Shown here: piece by piece, positions 20,280 to 31,532 of the stretch
Layout of the letters: each line of letters starts with the position of its first letter
Position numbering within the stretch: position 1 is the first letter of the stretch
NCBI GenBank assembly: GCA_963808015.1
Contig: CAWEEG010000045.1
Location: 248 to 64,247, forward strand
DNA length: 64,000 nt
From: an uncultured Actinomycetota bacterium
GTDB lineage: Bacteria; Actinomycetota; Acidimicrobiia; Spongiisociales; UBA5794
Reading direction: 5' to 3'
Notes under the pieces: model-generated
Database searches by the model: none
What the model was told of the DNA's origin: nothing
What the model saw: only the letters and a program-made list of their open reading frames with translations
Translations under genes and position numbers: made by a program

Positions 20280-21917
20280 CTAGACCTTGATCACCACGGG
20301 GAACACGACCGGACGCCGCTTGATATGGCTCTGCACGGCCTTGCGAGCCGAGTTGCGAATGCGGCTCCGAAGGGCATCAGGATCGATCGGACGTTCCAAC
20401 GTCTCAATCCCCTGCAGGACCCGTGCCTGGACGGCGTCGTGAAGCTCCTGCGAATCGCCCGTGACACCGTGGCTGTCGACGTCTGGTCCGAACACGATAT
20501 CGCCATTTCGTCCGTCGATGCCGATCGTGATCAGGATGACGCCATCATCCGCAAGATGGCGGCGATCGCGCAGGACACCTTTATCCTCCCCGACCTCGAG
20601 GCCGTCCACATAGATGTAGCCGGACGACACGGCGCCGCGATCCACCCGCATCTCGCCGTTCTCGAGAACAACAACATCGCCATCCTCGCAGACCGCGACC
20701 TCGGGCACACCAACCAAACGGGCGATCTCAGCGTTTGCGAGGAGGTGCCGGTGCTCGCCGTGAACCGGGACAACGGCCTCCGGCTGCACAACGTTGTAGA
20801 GCACCTTCAGTTCTTCGGCGGCGGCGTGGCCCGAAACATGGACGTGGGTGTTGCGTCCGTGGTGAACGGTGACGCCGACGCGTGAAAGATTGTTGATCAC
20901 CCGGGACACACGTTTCTCGTTCCCCTGGATCGGTGTCGCAGAGATGATCACCGTGTCGGTGGGGTCGAGAGTCGATCGATCGGTGCTCCCCCGCCGCCAT
21001 GAGCGACAGCGCAGCAAACGGCTCACCCTGGCTTCCGGTGGAGACACGGCGGTCTGCTTCGGCGGGAGCCTGAGCAGTTCGTTGAGTTCGACAAGGCTTC
21101 CGTCTGGGATCTTGAGCACACCGATCTGACCTGCGATCTCACTGATCCGAAGCATCGAGCGCCCTAGGAAAGCGAACTTCCGCCCATCGGCCACGACCGC
21201 GTCGATGGATTGCTGGACCCGATGCAGGCGGCTCGCGAAACAAGCGATGTCGACGCCGGCCTTCGGCCTCGTGGGACGAGTTCTGCGAATTCCGCACCCC
21301 ACCGTCTCTCCGAATCCACCAAACCTGGGCGCTCCGCGTTCGTCGGAGTCGGCCAGAAGCAGCCGAACGCCACGGCGCCCGAAACCAGCGAAGCTCTGCA
21401 GGTCGGTGACAACGCCGTCGATCGGGGTCGGATCGAGCTTGAAGTCGCCGGTGTGGACGACAAGCCCCTCTGGTGTCTCGAATGCGATCCCGGTTGACGT
21501 CAGGCACCGATGGGTGACCGGATAAAGCAAACCGGAACTTGCCGTGTTCGACCCATGTGCCGGTCTCGACCGCGGAAGCGCCGTCGACGCCGAGCTCCGA
21601 CACACGGGCCTCCGCCAGTTCCACCGTCAACGCTGTGCCGTAGACCGGCACGTTGCGCTCGCGGAGGAGGTATCCAAGCGACCCGATGTGGTCTTCGTGA
21701 CCGTGCGTCAGCGCCACAAACGAAATGCGTCGCCTCGATCGGTCACCGATCGAGTAGTCGGGGAGAACCAGGTCCACGCCGAGCATGTCCTCTTCCCGGA
21801 ACATGAGGCCGGCGTCGACCATCGCGATACGTCCATCGATTTCGATGGTCGCACAATTCCTTCCGATTTCACCAGGCCGCCGTGGAAGGCGACACGTACG
21901 CTCACGTCTCTCGTCAA
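20280..21917 (-). CDS. rnj: ribonuclease J (frame-disrupted)
   Basis: VRVAFHGGLGEIGRNC (across a frameshift), MBL motif VALTHGHEDHIGSLGYLL, HTGDFKLDPTP, beta-CASP/C-terminal HVSGHAAAEELK ... PVHGEHRHL. Possible TTG start overlaps the dapA stop (TTGA 21914-21917). Confidence 0.88.
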
Positions 21918-22799
21918 TCCTGCCGAGCTGCGCTCTCGAGTGCGTTCCTCGTGTCGTCGGATGCGGGGATGAGGGGAAGCCGGGGTCGCCAACCGGGTCC
22001 CAGGCCATGCCGAGGCCTGCCTTCAGGGGCATCGGGTTCGGCTCGAGGAACAACGCAGCGATGAGTGGGCCGAGCAGCCCGTTGAGGTGGTCGGCTTCTT
22101 CGTCGTTGCCCCACGTGGCGGCTTCGACCATCGCTTTGATCTTCTCGCCCGCGAGGTGAGCAGCGACGGAGACAACACCAACACCGTTCATACGACAACA
22201 TCTCGTGTCAGCTGTCGGATCCCGAGTAGACCGAAAAACCGTCGGGCAGAGCCTCGATCTCCTGCGCGTGAAGTCGAGGTCGTCGACCGCATCCTTGACT
22301 GCAACGATTCGAGAATGATCCGCGAGGCGGACGAGTGTCTCGATTTCGATGAGACGGCAGGTGCGGCTCGGGATGTTGTAGACCATCATCGGGAGTTCGG
22401 TCGCGTCGGCGATTGCCGTGAAGTGACGGAAGAGGCCTTCCTGGGCGGCTTCGAGTAGTACGGGGTGACCGCCATAACACCGTTGACGCCGGAATCGGCG
22501 GCTCGCTGCGCGAGCTCAACCGATCGCGTGTGTTGTAGGTGCCGGCCCCCGCGATCACGGTCATCTGATCACCGACGGCGTCGACCCGGCCTTGAAGAGG
22601 GCGACTTTCTCGACCTTGGAAAGCGTCGGGGATCGCCCGTGGTCCCACCCACGACGATGCCGTCTGAGCCGTGGTTCGGCAAGGATCGGGTCAATCTCCA
22701 GAAGGTTCCGTAGTCGATTGATCCGTCATCACCGAACGGTGTGATGACGGCGGTCAGGACTTGGCCAAATGGTGCTTCGGGTCTGCTCTCCATAGCCAC
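21914..22799 (-). CDS. dapA: 4-hydroxy-tetrahydrodipicolinate synthase (frame-disrupted)
   Basis: FGQVLTAVITPFGDDGSIDY, GIVVGGTTG, MMVYNIPSRT, IVAVKDA, VYSGSD, GVVSVAAHL, LPLIPASDD...*. Pieces lie in three minus frames. Confidence 0.85.
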
Positions 22800-23560
22800 G
22801 ACGGTAGCAGGAGACCCCCCGGTAAATCTTGCTTGATGACCACCCCCAGCGATTTCAGAAGGACGTGAACGCGGCGAGCTTCCCTCAGGAAGTGCTCCAG
22901 CGCAGCCGCGAGGTTCCAGTTGGTCGACTCTGGGCCGAAGCGGGGTCCGGGGCCCTGCCGCAGATTCGGACCGATCCTAGAAGGGGGGGCTGCCGCAATC
23001 GGGTCGCGCCTTCGATTGGTGAAGGTGGGATGTCGACCGGAATCAGGAGTTGGCCGCTCGATCGCGGGTGAAGGGATCCCGATGGTTTCGGCTTCCGCGA
23101 CGCGCGATAGCCGATACGCTTCACGGGGCGCTCCTTGAAGCAGCCGATCGGAATGGATCGACGATATTCTTTCCACGGAGCTCATATTGATGGTCGATCG
23201 GCTCACACCGTGAGCCTCCGATGACGGCGTGACCGCCGAACGCATCTTCGCCAGGTTCTTGATCAGAAGCCGGACCACTCGGAGGCGGGCACGAGCCTGG
23301 CATCACTCCTCATGGTCGGGGCGAGACGGAGGAGCATCATCGTGCTCGGCCGTCTACGTTCCGGACCAGAGGTCGACGGCTCCAATAGCGCGCGACTCAA
23401 AGCATCGAGCGGTCATGACCTCTGATCTCGAGTCAACTGCTGCCGACCCCGACAACGAGGGGCTGCGGATCGAGCTTGCGAAGGCGCTTCCAGTCTCACG
23501 GCCGAGTTCAGCCTGCGCTCGATCGTCGCCTGGCTGTCGTTCGCACCAAGGTGCACGCAG
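22754..23560 (-). CDS. thyX: probable flavin-dependent thymidylate synthase remnants (heavily frame-disrupted)
   Basis: Fragments EVMTARCFES (compare ARxCYxS), GVSRS...ERISSIHSDR (degenerate RHRxxS...SxRY region) and NWNLAAALEHFLRE...H..LLKSLG (compare N.R...HF..lR...H...EIR.LA). The position upstream of dapA-rnj matches actinobacterial synteny. Boundaries are approximate. Confidence 0.4.
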
Positions 23561-23629
23561 AGGGGGACGGAGCACGCCGCAATGCTCGACGTGCTCGAAG
23601 TCCTCGGCGACGATCACCCGCTGACAATG

Positions 23630-25540
23630 ACCTACAGAAGGGCAAATAGAGCGGCGCGCTGTTCTCCGTTGGTCGACGCTTGAGTGCGGCGTCCCACCGC
23701 GAAGCCGGCTCCGACTCCCCTGCGTGAACGAGGCGGAGAGGGTGCCGCAGAAGATTTTCCGCTTGCGCCGACCCAGGATAGATTAATTACGTGCATGTAC
23801 GAGAATTTCGCGCCCCGAAGGCCGCAGCTCCAGCGAGGCCACAACTGGCCCCATTGCCGAGTCGACCGGGGTTCCGTCGCTGTTCAAGCAGCACTTCGAC
23901 GACGATACCGAGCAGGCGGTACTACATAGCCCGATGGCCTCGAATGCCGCGGATGTCGCGACGGATGAGGCCATTCATCGTACCGGCTCGTCGGGTTCGA
24001 GCATCTCTCGGCATCCCACGCGCCTGGTCGAGGTTTCTGAGACAGATGGCAATGAAATTGCCTCGGATCAACGTCCGTGATACTGTGTCTTGTTTCCGCC
24101 ACGTCAGTTCCTCCCGCTCGCGGATCCGCCCGACGATCATCTGGGAGCGACCGATTCGCACTGGGCCTCACGGTCGACACGCCATCCCCGTTCGAGGCAA
24201 TTTCCGATGCCGCTGCGACCCACGTCTACGCGGGTGCTCGTTTGTTCGTTGTTCGAAGTCGTTCAACGACCCGCCCCGACCCTGGCGTCAACGGCTACAC
24301 TTTGAGTCAGGACGGTTCGTGTCGAGGCGTACGACGCACTTTCCGCCCTCGAAATCCGTCGGGCAGGGCTGCAACAGGGCATATCGACAGTCGGGTCAGC
24401 CGTGCCCAGTTCCATCCGATTCACCTTCGGCAGGGCGTCGCCAAGACGGTGTCGCGCTTCGGAAGAGAGCGCCACGATGTCCGGGTCCAGCGCGCGGCGA
24501 GCACCGCGATGAAGATCAGCAGCCCACAGGGCTCCCGGAAGGAGGCGATGTCTCGTCCAGCCATCCCCGACGTGAGCGCCTCGGCCACGAGGAGTCCGCC
24601 GTCCCGCGATCTGCCTGCCTCACCTGGGAACAGCGAGCTTGCGCTGAGCGCGGACGATCACGGACGGTGTGCTTCGGCTCCCACCCGGTCAACCGTGCAG
24701 GATGCGACTCGATCGTCCCCTCCCATTGTGACACCAGGTCTTCAGTCACCTGATAAACTGCAGTTGGAAAGTCCATCGAGTGGATTCCGATCGCATCGGG
24801 GAGTTGAACGACGCCGGGCATAACAATCGGACGCGTACGCCGTGCCGTTGAGAGAGGCCGACAGCCGCGACGCTCGGGTACAATAAACGGCAGTCGGAAG
24901 ACCGAAGACGTGGCGACGCCGTTTCGATCAAGCGCCACACCTGCAGCGTTCTGCCACCGCGGAGGAGCTGCGCGCTGCCGCCGGACAGGGTGATCGACCG
25001 CACCATCGTCGCACCGTCTCCAAATTGTTTGCATCAGCGATCTGTTGCCGATCATTCGGAGCCTCGCCACCTGGCCGATGCGCAAACATCACGTTCTCGT
25101 CGGGCTCAGGATTCAGCTCACCTTCGCCGTGAGCATCGAACTGGACGACGCCATGGGGCTGGACTCGTGACGGTGGGTTGTCGGACGCCGATGAAGATGA
25201 TCAGATCACATTGTGCTGACCGAGATGGCATCGCTCCACCAACAATAAACGCCACCATCGACAGACAACCGTCGGTGCAATACGAATACCGGGGGATCGC
25301 AGCGCTCGCCGACGCGAGCGAAGGCTTCGCTTGCCCCCGCGCGCGTCCGCCTGGGGCAGGGACAGCAGCATCTCTCCTGAAGGCAGTACTTGGGCAGTCA
25401 GAATAAACACATGACCGCGACGGATCCGGGGACGACAGCGACTGGACATCGACTTCAGGGACCGCCAACGACTGCAAGACGTATCATCGTCCCGGTTTCA
25501 GGACTCACTCTGGTGGCGGAACGATCCGTATGCTCGCTGG
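23630..25540. other. 1.9 kb tract with no supportable intact gene
   Basis: It contains only Arg-rich or short ORFs. Some patches look coding by third-position GC on both strands, for example + GSDRFALGLTVDTPSPFEAISDAAATHVYAG and - PIVMPGVVQLPDAIGIHSMDFPTAVYQVTEDLVSQWEG. I recognise no family. Confidence 0.5.
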
Positions 25541-26489
25541 ATGCCGATATTCATGGACGTTCACGAGAATCTGGGTGATGTCACTGAGGAAGACATCAAG
25601 GGTGCCCACCAGCGCGACCTCGAAATCCAGGATCGCCACGGGGTCAGCTTCCTCACCTACTGGTTCAACAGCCCGGACGGCCAGGCCTTCTGCCTGGTCG
25701 ACGCCCCGACGAAAGAAGCGGCGATCGCCGTTCACAAGGAGTCGCACGGCCTGGTGCCGCACAACATGGTTGAAGTCGAGAAGCCGACCGTCAGCCGATT
25801 CATGGGCGACTGGGAGAAGGACGCCCCGGATATCGCACGACACGATGACGCCGCAATCGACAGTGGTCTTCGGGCAATCATGTTCACCGATCTCGTTGGA
25901 TCGACCCAGGTCAGCACCCGAGACGGTGACGAAACAGCGATGGAACTCCTCCGTCACCACGACGAGATCGTCCGGGCTGCGCTCGCACAACACGGCGGAC
26001 GTGAGGTCAAACACACCGGTGATGGCATCTTCTCCTCGTTCAGCCATGTGAGTCGGGCGGTCGACTGCGCGATGCAGATCGAACGCGAATTTGGGGAGCC
26101 GTTGGAAGCCGATTCCGAAGATGGGCGAGTCCGCATCGGGATCAGCGCCGGTGAACCGGTGAGCCGGGACGAAGATCTCTTTGGTGCGGCGGTGGATCTC
26201 GCATCGCGTATCTGCGGGCACGCACGCCCGGCCAGATCCTCGTATCGAGCGCTGTGCGCGAGCTATCCGTTGGCAAGCCGTTGACGTTCCACGACCGCGG
26301 CCCGATCGCTCTCAAGGGCTCGACGATCCGGTCCGGATCTTCGAGGTCCGTTCGGCTGGGAGTACCGAGGCGAGGCTCATCGATCTCTTCCAACTCCACC
26401 GGGCGAGTGCGATGCCGCCCGCGAACGTGAGTGCCCCGATCACGAGCCATGTTCGGCTTCCGGTCATGAAGCTTTGCGGCGCGAACTGA
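25541..26489 (+). CDS. DUF4242 (SCO4226-like) domain fused to a class III adenylate/guanylate cyclase domain (3' end frame-disrupted)
   Basis: MPIFMDVHENLGDVTEEDIKGAHQRDLEIQDRHGVSFLTYWFN ... then RAIMFTDLVGSTQ ... KHTGDGIFSSF ... RIGISAGEPV ... LFGAAVDLASRI. The tail GQILVSSAVRELSVGKPLTFHDRGPIALKG/LDDPVRIFEV needs two frame changes. True stop uncertain. Confidence 0.8.
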
Positions 26490-26524
26490 GAGTTGAGCCC
26501 CTGCAGAACCCACACGGCCCCCAT
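26312..26524 (-). CDS. possible small membrane protein downstream of dapB
   Basis: MGAVWVLQGLNSQFAPQSFMTGSRTWLVIGALTFAGGIALARW..., with third-position GC in the coding range. Overlaps, antisense, the uncertain 3' end of the cyclase gene. Confidence 0.35.
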   Translation of the reverse strand: MGAVWVLQGLNSQFAPQSFMTGSRTWLVIGALTFAGGIALARWSWKRSMSLASVLPAERTSKIRTGSSSP

Positions 26525-26598
26525 CAGGGCGAGAGCACTCCCGACACGATTCAGCTATCCGCATCATCGAATCGTAGATTCGAGGCGAGCCTGGACGG

Positions 26599-27355
26599 CT
26601 TAGATTCCCAGAACGGACTCGAGCCCGACGGTGACCGGGTCCGGAGCGTCGCAACGGCACGGATGGCGGCAAGGACTCCGGGCATGAAGGCCGTCCGATC
26701 GGTCGTGTCGTGACGGATGGTCAACGTCTCGCCGACTCCGCCGAACAACACCTGTTGATGCGCGACCAATCCCGGGAGCCGAACAGCATGAACCGGGACA
26801 CCGGCGGCGTCAGCGCCCCGAGCGCCCGAAATCAGCTCGGCCGACTCGACCGCCCGATCCTGCGGTGCGCTCGCGGCGATCCGCTCCGCGGTCGCGATGG
26901 CAGTTCCCGAAGGCGCATCCACTTTGCGATCGTGATGCATCTCAATCACCTCGGCTGCCGCGAAGTTAGGAGCCGCGATCTCAGAGAGACGCATCATGAC
27001 AACCGCCCCGATGGAGAAGTTCGGGACGACCAGACAGTTCGGCGGTCCGCTCCCCCACTCCTCGCGGAGCTCGGCGACACGGCTCGCATCGAAGCCGGAA
27101 GTGCCGACGACGGCGTGCAGACCGAGACGCGCCAGGTCGCGAGGTTTCCCATCACCACATCCGGCTCGGTGAATTCGACAACAACGTCGGCCTCCGCCAA
27201 AGCCGCAGGATCATCGCCGATCGCGGCACCAGCCACCGTCGAACCGGCATGGCGAGGGTCGTAGAGCGGACCGAGCTCGAGATCGGTTGCGTCCGCGACG
27301 GTCTGCGCGACCAGGCGCCCATCCGGCCGCCGGCCCCCGACACGGCGACGATCAT
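26599..27355 (-). CDS. dapB: 4-hydroxy-tetrahydrodipicolinate reductase (frame-disrupted)
   Basis: MIVAVSGAGGRMG, VVEFTEPDVV, NFSIGAVVMM (shifted frame), EVIEMHHDRKVDAPSGTA, FMPGVLAAIRAV, end ...GLESVLGI* at TAA 26599-26601. Confidence 0.88.
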
Positions 27356-28589
27356 CTGACGTACTCCTCAAGGTCGGCGTCCTGGAATGGTCCGGTCGCT
27401 CCGATTATGTACGGTCCCCCGTAGGCGGCGCGTGCCACGTCGATGACTTCCTCGGGCGTGACGGCGTCGACCTTTGCGACGATCTCGTCAACCGACATGT
27501 GCTCGAGGCCGGTGATCTCATTGCGGCCGAGACGGTTCATTCGACCGTCGGCATCCTCGAGCGAGATGGCGAGTGATCCCTGGACGTGACCCTTCGCCCG
27601 TTCGAGTTCGCCGTCGGTGACACCCGATTCCATGAACTTGTCCATCTCGCCCCGGACCAGCTCCAGTACCTCCGCCGTCTGCGACGGCGTGGTTCCGACG
27701 TAGACCGCATTGGCGCCGGCATCGGTGAACGGCATCCGGAACGCGTGCACGGCGTATGCGAGCCCGCGCCTCGCGGATCTCGCGGAACAGACGGCTCGAC
27801 ATGCCGCCACCCAGCACATGGTCCGCAATGATCAGGGCGTAGCGACGATCGTCGTCGCGTGTGAGGCTCGGGCTGCCCAGAATGAGATGCGCCTGTTCGG
27901 TGTCTCGATGTCTGACGGACACACGAGGCTCGGGATCGGGAGCAGACAACGACGCGGGTTCCGATCCATCCCAGTCACCGAAGAGCTCGTCGACGACGTC
28001 GACGAGCTCGTCGTGGTCGAGCTGCCCCGCGGCTGCGATCACCGTCGACTCCGGGGAGTAGTACCGGGCCCAGTAGCCGTCGATGATCTCCCGAGACATC
28101 GGCGGGATCGAGTCCCGGGTTCCGAGGACGGTGGCGCCAACAGGTGCTCGCCCCACAGCGCGGTGACGAACTGGTCGTGGGCCACGTCGGCCGGATCGTC
28201 CTCGTTCATGTTGATCTCTTCGAGGACCACACCGGGCCGTTGGGGATCTCCGCCGGCCGGAAGGCCGGCCGATGAAGCATCTCGCCGAGAATCCCGACCC
28301 CGAGATCCAGGTGCGTTCACGAAGCGGGCCCAGTAGCAGGTGTACTCCTTCGAGGTGAACGCGTTGTAGCGAGCCCCCACGGCATCGAACGCCTCGCCGA
28401 TGCGCGGCGCCGACCAGTCGTCCGGCCCTTGAACAGGAGATGCTCGAGGAAGTGCGAGCCCCGGCCTCACAGGTGTCTCGTCGCGACTCCCCGCGTCCAC
28501 CCAAGCCCCGACCGCGGCGATCGCACCGCAGGCATGGCCTCGGTGACCACCCGCAGCCCGTTCGGCAGCATCGTGAGGTCGTAGTGCAT
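27352..28589 (-). CDS. M16 (pitrilysin) family zinc peptidase (frame-disrupted)
   Basis: MHYDLTMLPNGLRVVTEAMP, inverted zinc motif GSHFLEHLLFKG (shifted frame), FNAFTSKEYTCYWARF, and a C-terminal inactive-like half ending GPFQDADLEEYVR. Its stop overlaps the dapB ATG (ATGA). Confidence 0.85.
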
Positions 28590-28659
28590 ATCGAACGATG
28601 ATAGGGAGATGCGTTTCGAACGCTGGGGGTGCCACCGGCGCCGTCTGGACCCGCTTGCG

Positions 28660-30913
28660 CTAGCTGAGCGGTGAACTCGTCGGTTGCACTCCGAGGAGTT
28701 GTCCCCGGAACGGCCCCGAGTTGCGCACGAGGAGCACCGTCTGGAGGCCGCTCATCAACTCGAGAAGACGCTCGACCTGTTCCTCGGCCTCGTCAGGTTT
28801 GATCTCCTTCATACCGAGGAAGACCACATCGGCCGCTGCCGATTGTGCGTGGATGATGTCCTGGATCCGTTCAATTTCCGGCTTCCGGATTACCTCGAGA
28901 CTCAGCGAGTTTCAGCGGCGCGAAGCATCTCATCGAGGGTTCGCTCGGTCCGTTGCGCCATCATTTCGGTTGTTGCGATCGACTTGATCCGGATTGTCGC
29001 GTCCCGCCACCCGGGATCGAGCGACAGCAGATGTGCAAACAACACGAGAAGGTCCCCGTTCTGCTGCAGACCACCCCACCAGACATCGATGCGCCGCCCG
29101 GTGGGCAGGCAGCGAGCCGTTGCGGTACGGGGCGACAGATGACGCTGGACTTCCGGAGGAGCGACAGGTCCTCGATCGCCCGCAGCACAATCGCCATCTC
29201 GTCGCGGCGCTCCCGCCAGCCGAACAACACGGTGTTCGAGGCAATCCCGGCAATCCCATTCGACTGCGCCACCGACACCATGCCGCGCCCAAGATCGGGG
29301 ACAATCTCGACCTCACCGAACCCCGCGGTTGAGCCCCGCATGTTCGAGTGACGAGTTTGAGGTCGCGAACGGCGTCCGGCAGGCGCTCAACGTGGTCGAC
29401 GATCGACCCCTCGATCAGTTGGTTCACCGTCAGGATCCCGCGGGTCCTGTACAAGCCAGTTCGCAAAGCGAGCCGTCTGGAGATCACGGTCGGGGTCGGT
29501 CGTGAACATCAATACGTTGGGCCGCCAGTTCCCGCGGCTCCTCCGGGAGTCGCCGCAGCTGAAGCACCGTCGACCGCACAAACGAGACGAGTGCGCAGCT
29601 ACGCCGAACATCACCCCATCGGGCCGTGGATGCCCAGCCGACGCACGAGGAGGTAGATCCCGAGCTCAACCACGACGGCCAGGAGTGACACGATCGGGCT
29701 GATCAGGAACATTGCCCAGAAGCAAGCGACCGCACCACCGAGGGATACCGCCCAGTGGACCTTCATCGTCGGTCGGAACGACGGATCGCCGCTCAGCCGT
29801 TCGAGTCCGGCGACCAGATTCACCATGCCGGTCTGAGTCAAGTCGCAGAACATGGTCAGGATGGGGGCAACAGCGTTGAGCCCACCAAGCCCCACAGCAA
29901 GGAAGGCGATCCCCGTCGTGATGAGCAGGGGCACGCCGGGACCTTGTATCCGTGCGACCCTTGCGGCGAACGATCCAGGGAGGATGCGGTCGTTCACGAG
30001 TGCCTCGAGCGTCCGCGGTGCCCACGACGCAGGCTCCCGACCGCCGACGAGAAGATCGCACCCCAGAGGCCGGGGAAGATGAGGAAGGCAATTCCGCCCG
30101 CGATCGTGAACCAGATCAGCGGCTCGTCAACGAGTTCGCGGGGAGTTGCGGCAAGAGCGGGCGCGATCGTCACCAACACATAGACGACGAAGCCGACGAG
30201 AACCGCAGCGATGGTGCCTCTGGGGATGGAGCGGGTCGGGTTCTTGGGATCACCCGACAGCGAAATGCCCGCCATGATTCCGGTCACCGCAGGGAAGAAG
30301 ACGGCGAACACGACCCAGAATCCAGCAGGATCTTGAACATGGGCGGCAAGGTCGACGCTGTCCGGCATCGATCGTGCGACTCCAATGAACAACACCACCA
30401 GGGAGAGTCCGATCGCAACCATGATCGGCAGCTGAAGACGTAGCGCCACCCGAGCGCCACGCGCAGCGAGCAGCGCCACGAGGAGCACGGTCACCGCTGC
30501 GATCGGCATCTGGGGCAGGTCCGGCCAGACATACTGCAGCGACTCTGCGAGTCCGTAGGCGTAGAGCGTGATGGAGAAGGCCTGCGCAAGGAACAGCGGG
30601 AGGCCGATCGCGGCCCCGATTTCCACTCCAAGACTCCGCGAGATAATGTAGTCCACGCCTCCCGGCCCGACCTCCATGTTCGTCGCAACGGATGACACCA
30701 AGGGCGCGGTCGCGAGTGTGATGAGGTTTGCGATGACCACGATGGCGAGCACGCGCCAACAAGACCGACATTGCCGACAACCCACCCGGCACGCAGATAC
30801 ATGATGACGCCAAGGATGGTGAGTATCGACGGCGTGAAGACACCGATGAAGGTGCCGAGTCCCTTGCCGTCGACGGCGCCGAGGGAGCGGAGGCGTGTGA
30901 GCGATGCCGTCAT
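28660..30913 (-). CDS. APC-superfamily transporter of the cation-chloride cotransporter (SLC12-like) type with cytoplasmic C-terminal domain (frame-disrupted)
   Basis: LGTFIGVFTPSILTILGVIMYLRAGWVVGNVGL, FFPAVTGIMAGISLSGDLKNP-like block, about 12 hydrophobic segments, then a soluble domain (NTVLFGW...DEMAIVLRAIEDLSLL). At least 5 frame pieces. Confidence 0.7.
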
Positions 30914-31035
30914 CGACGACCGTCCGTCGGGCTTGAGCAGTTGGATCGTGTCATCGGCGCGGAGCCTACCGGCTGTGGGGCTCGCCGCCGTGGACCCAGG
31001 ATGCCGGAGGAGGACACGGGAGAGTCGACATCAGC

Positions 31036-31457
31036 TCATTCGTCCGGGCCGGGCGCCCTGCGCAGCGACTTCGTGTGTGACCTCGAGCGTTTCTCGTCAA
31101 CTCGCTTTCGACGTGCAGCGCGGCTCGGCTTTGTAGTCTTGCGCTTCGGCGGGTCGGGCCGCAGAGCCTTCGCGGAGTCGCTCACCCAGTCGTCTTCTGG
31201 CGATCCTGGCGGTTCCGCCACTGTGAGCGTGTCTCGTCGACGGTCACCAACATCACAGGGTCGTCGCCGACCTTGTCGAGGAGACGGCGTCTGGTCTCGT
31301 CATCGAACACGCGGGACGCGCCGACGTCGAACCGGAGCTCCACGCGCGTCGAGGAACGGTTGGCGTGCTGCCCACCGGGACCGCCGGCTGGAGAGAACGT
31401 CCATTGCAGCTCATCGGCGGGGATCGAGATCATATCGCTGATCCTCAGATCGTCCAT
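31036..31457 (-). CDS. arfB: alternative ribosome-rescue factor ArfB (peptidyl-tRNA hydrolase; one frameshift)
   Basis: MDDLRISDMISIPADELQWTFSPAGGPGGQHANRSSTRVELRF (GGQ motif). The basic C-terminal tail PPKRKTTKPSRAARRKRVDEKRSRSHTK lies in the frame of ORF 31036..31221. Confidence 0.85.
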
Positions 31458-31532
31458 GGCCGAACCGTACTGCGGGTGTGCACGGAAATGGCTCCGGTAC
31501 AGGGTTGACATGGGACGTAGGATCAGGGGTTC

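Noticed and set aside
23993-24005. GGGTTCGAGCATC resembles a tRNA T-arm.
   Set aside because: There is no acceptor stem, D-arm or anticodon arm in the surrounding 80 nt, and the T-loop consensus GGTTCGAATCC is not met.
23791-24753. 320-aa ORF in the ORF-poor tract as a real gene.
   Set aside because: The composition is extremely Arg/Ser/Pro-rich, there are no recognisable motifs, and third-position GC is lower than in the alternative frames over much of its length.
24766-24774. GGAAAGTCC, identical to the core of the RNase P RNA P4 strand, inside the ORF-poor tract.
   Set aside because: The flanking sequence lacks the rest of the conserved context (GAGGAAAGTCCGGGCTC). I found no matching 3' P4 strand (ACAGAA..CGGCTTA) and no other universal RNase P elements nearby. 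A single 9-mer is not enough.
25526-25533. CCGTATGC resembles the start of group II intron domain V.
   Set aside because: The rest of the domain V hairpin is absent and no reverse transcriptase ORF is present. The site lies in the Shine-Dalgarno region of the cyclase gene.
5053-31457. Genuine pseudogenisation of essential genes (reductive genome decay) as the explanation for the many broken genes.
   Set aside because: Losing dapA, dapB, thyX, rnj, miaB, rimO and the M16 peptidase together is implausible. Protein-level conservation of every fragment is high, with no accumulation of substitutions or stops. The breaks cluster in stretches, and the two I reconstructed fall in homopolymers. Sequencing indels are more parsimonious, though this cannot be proven without reads.
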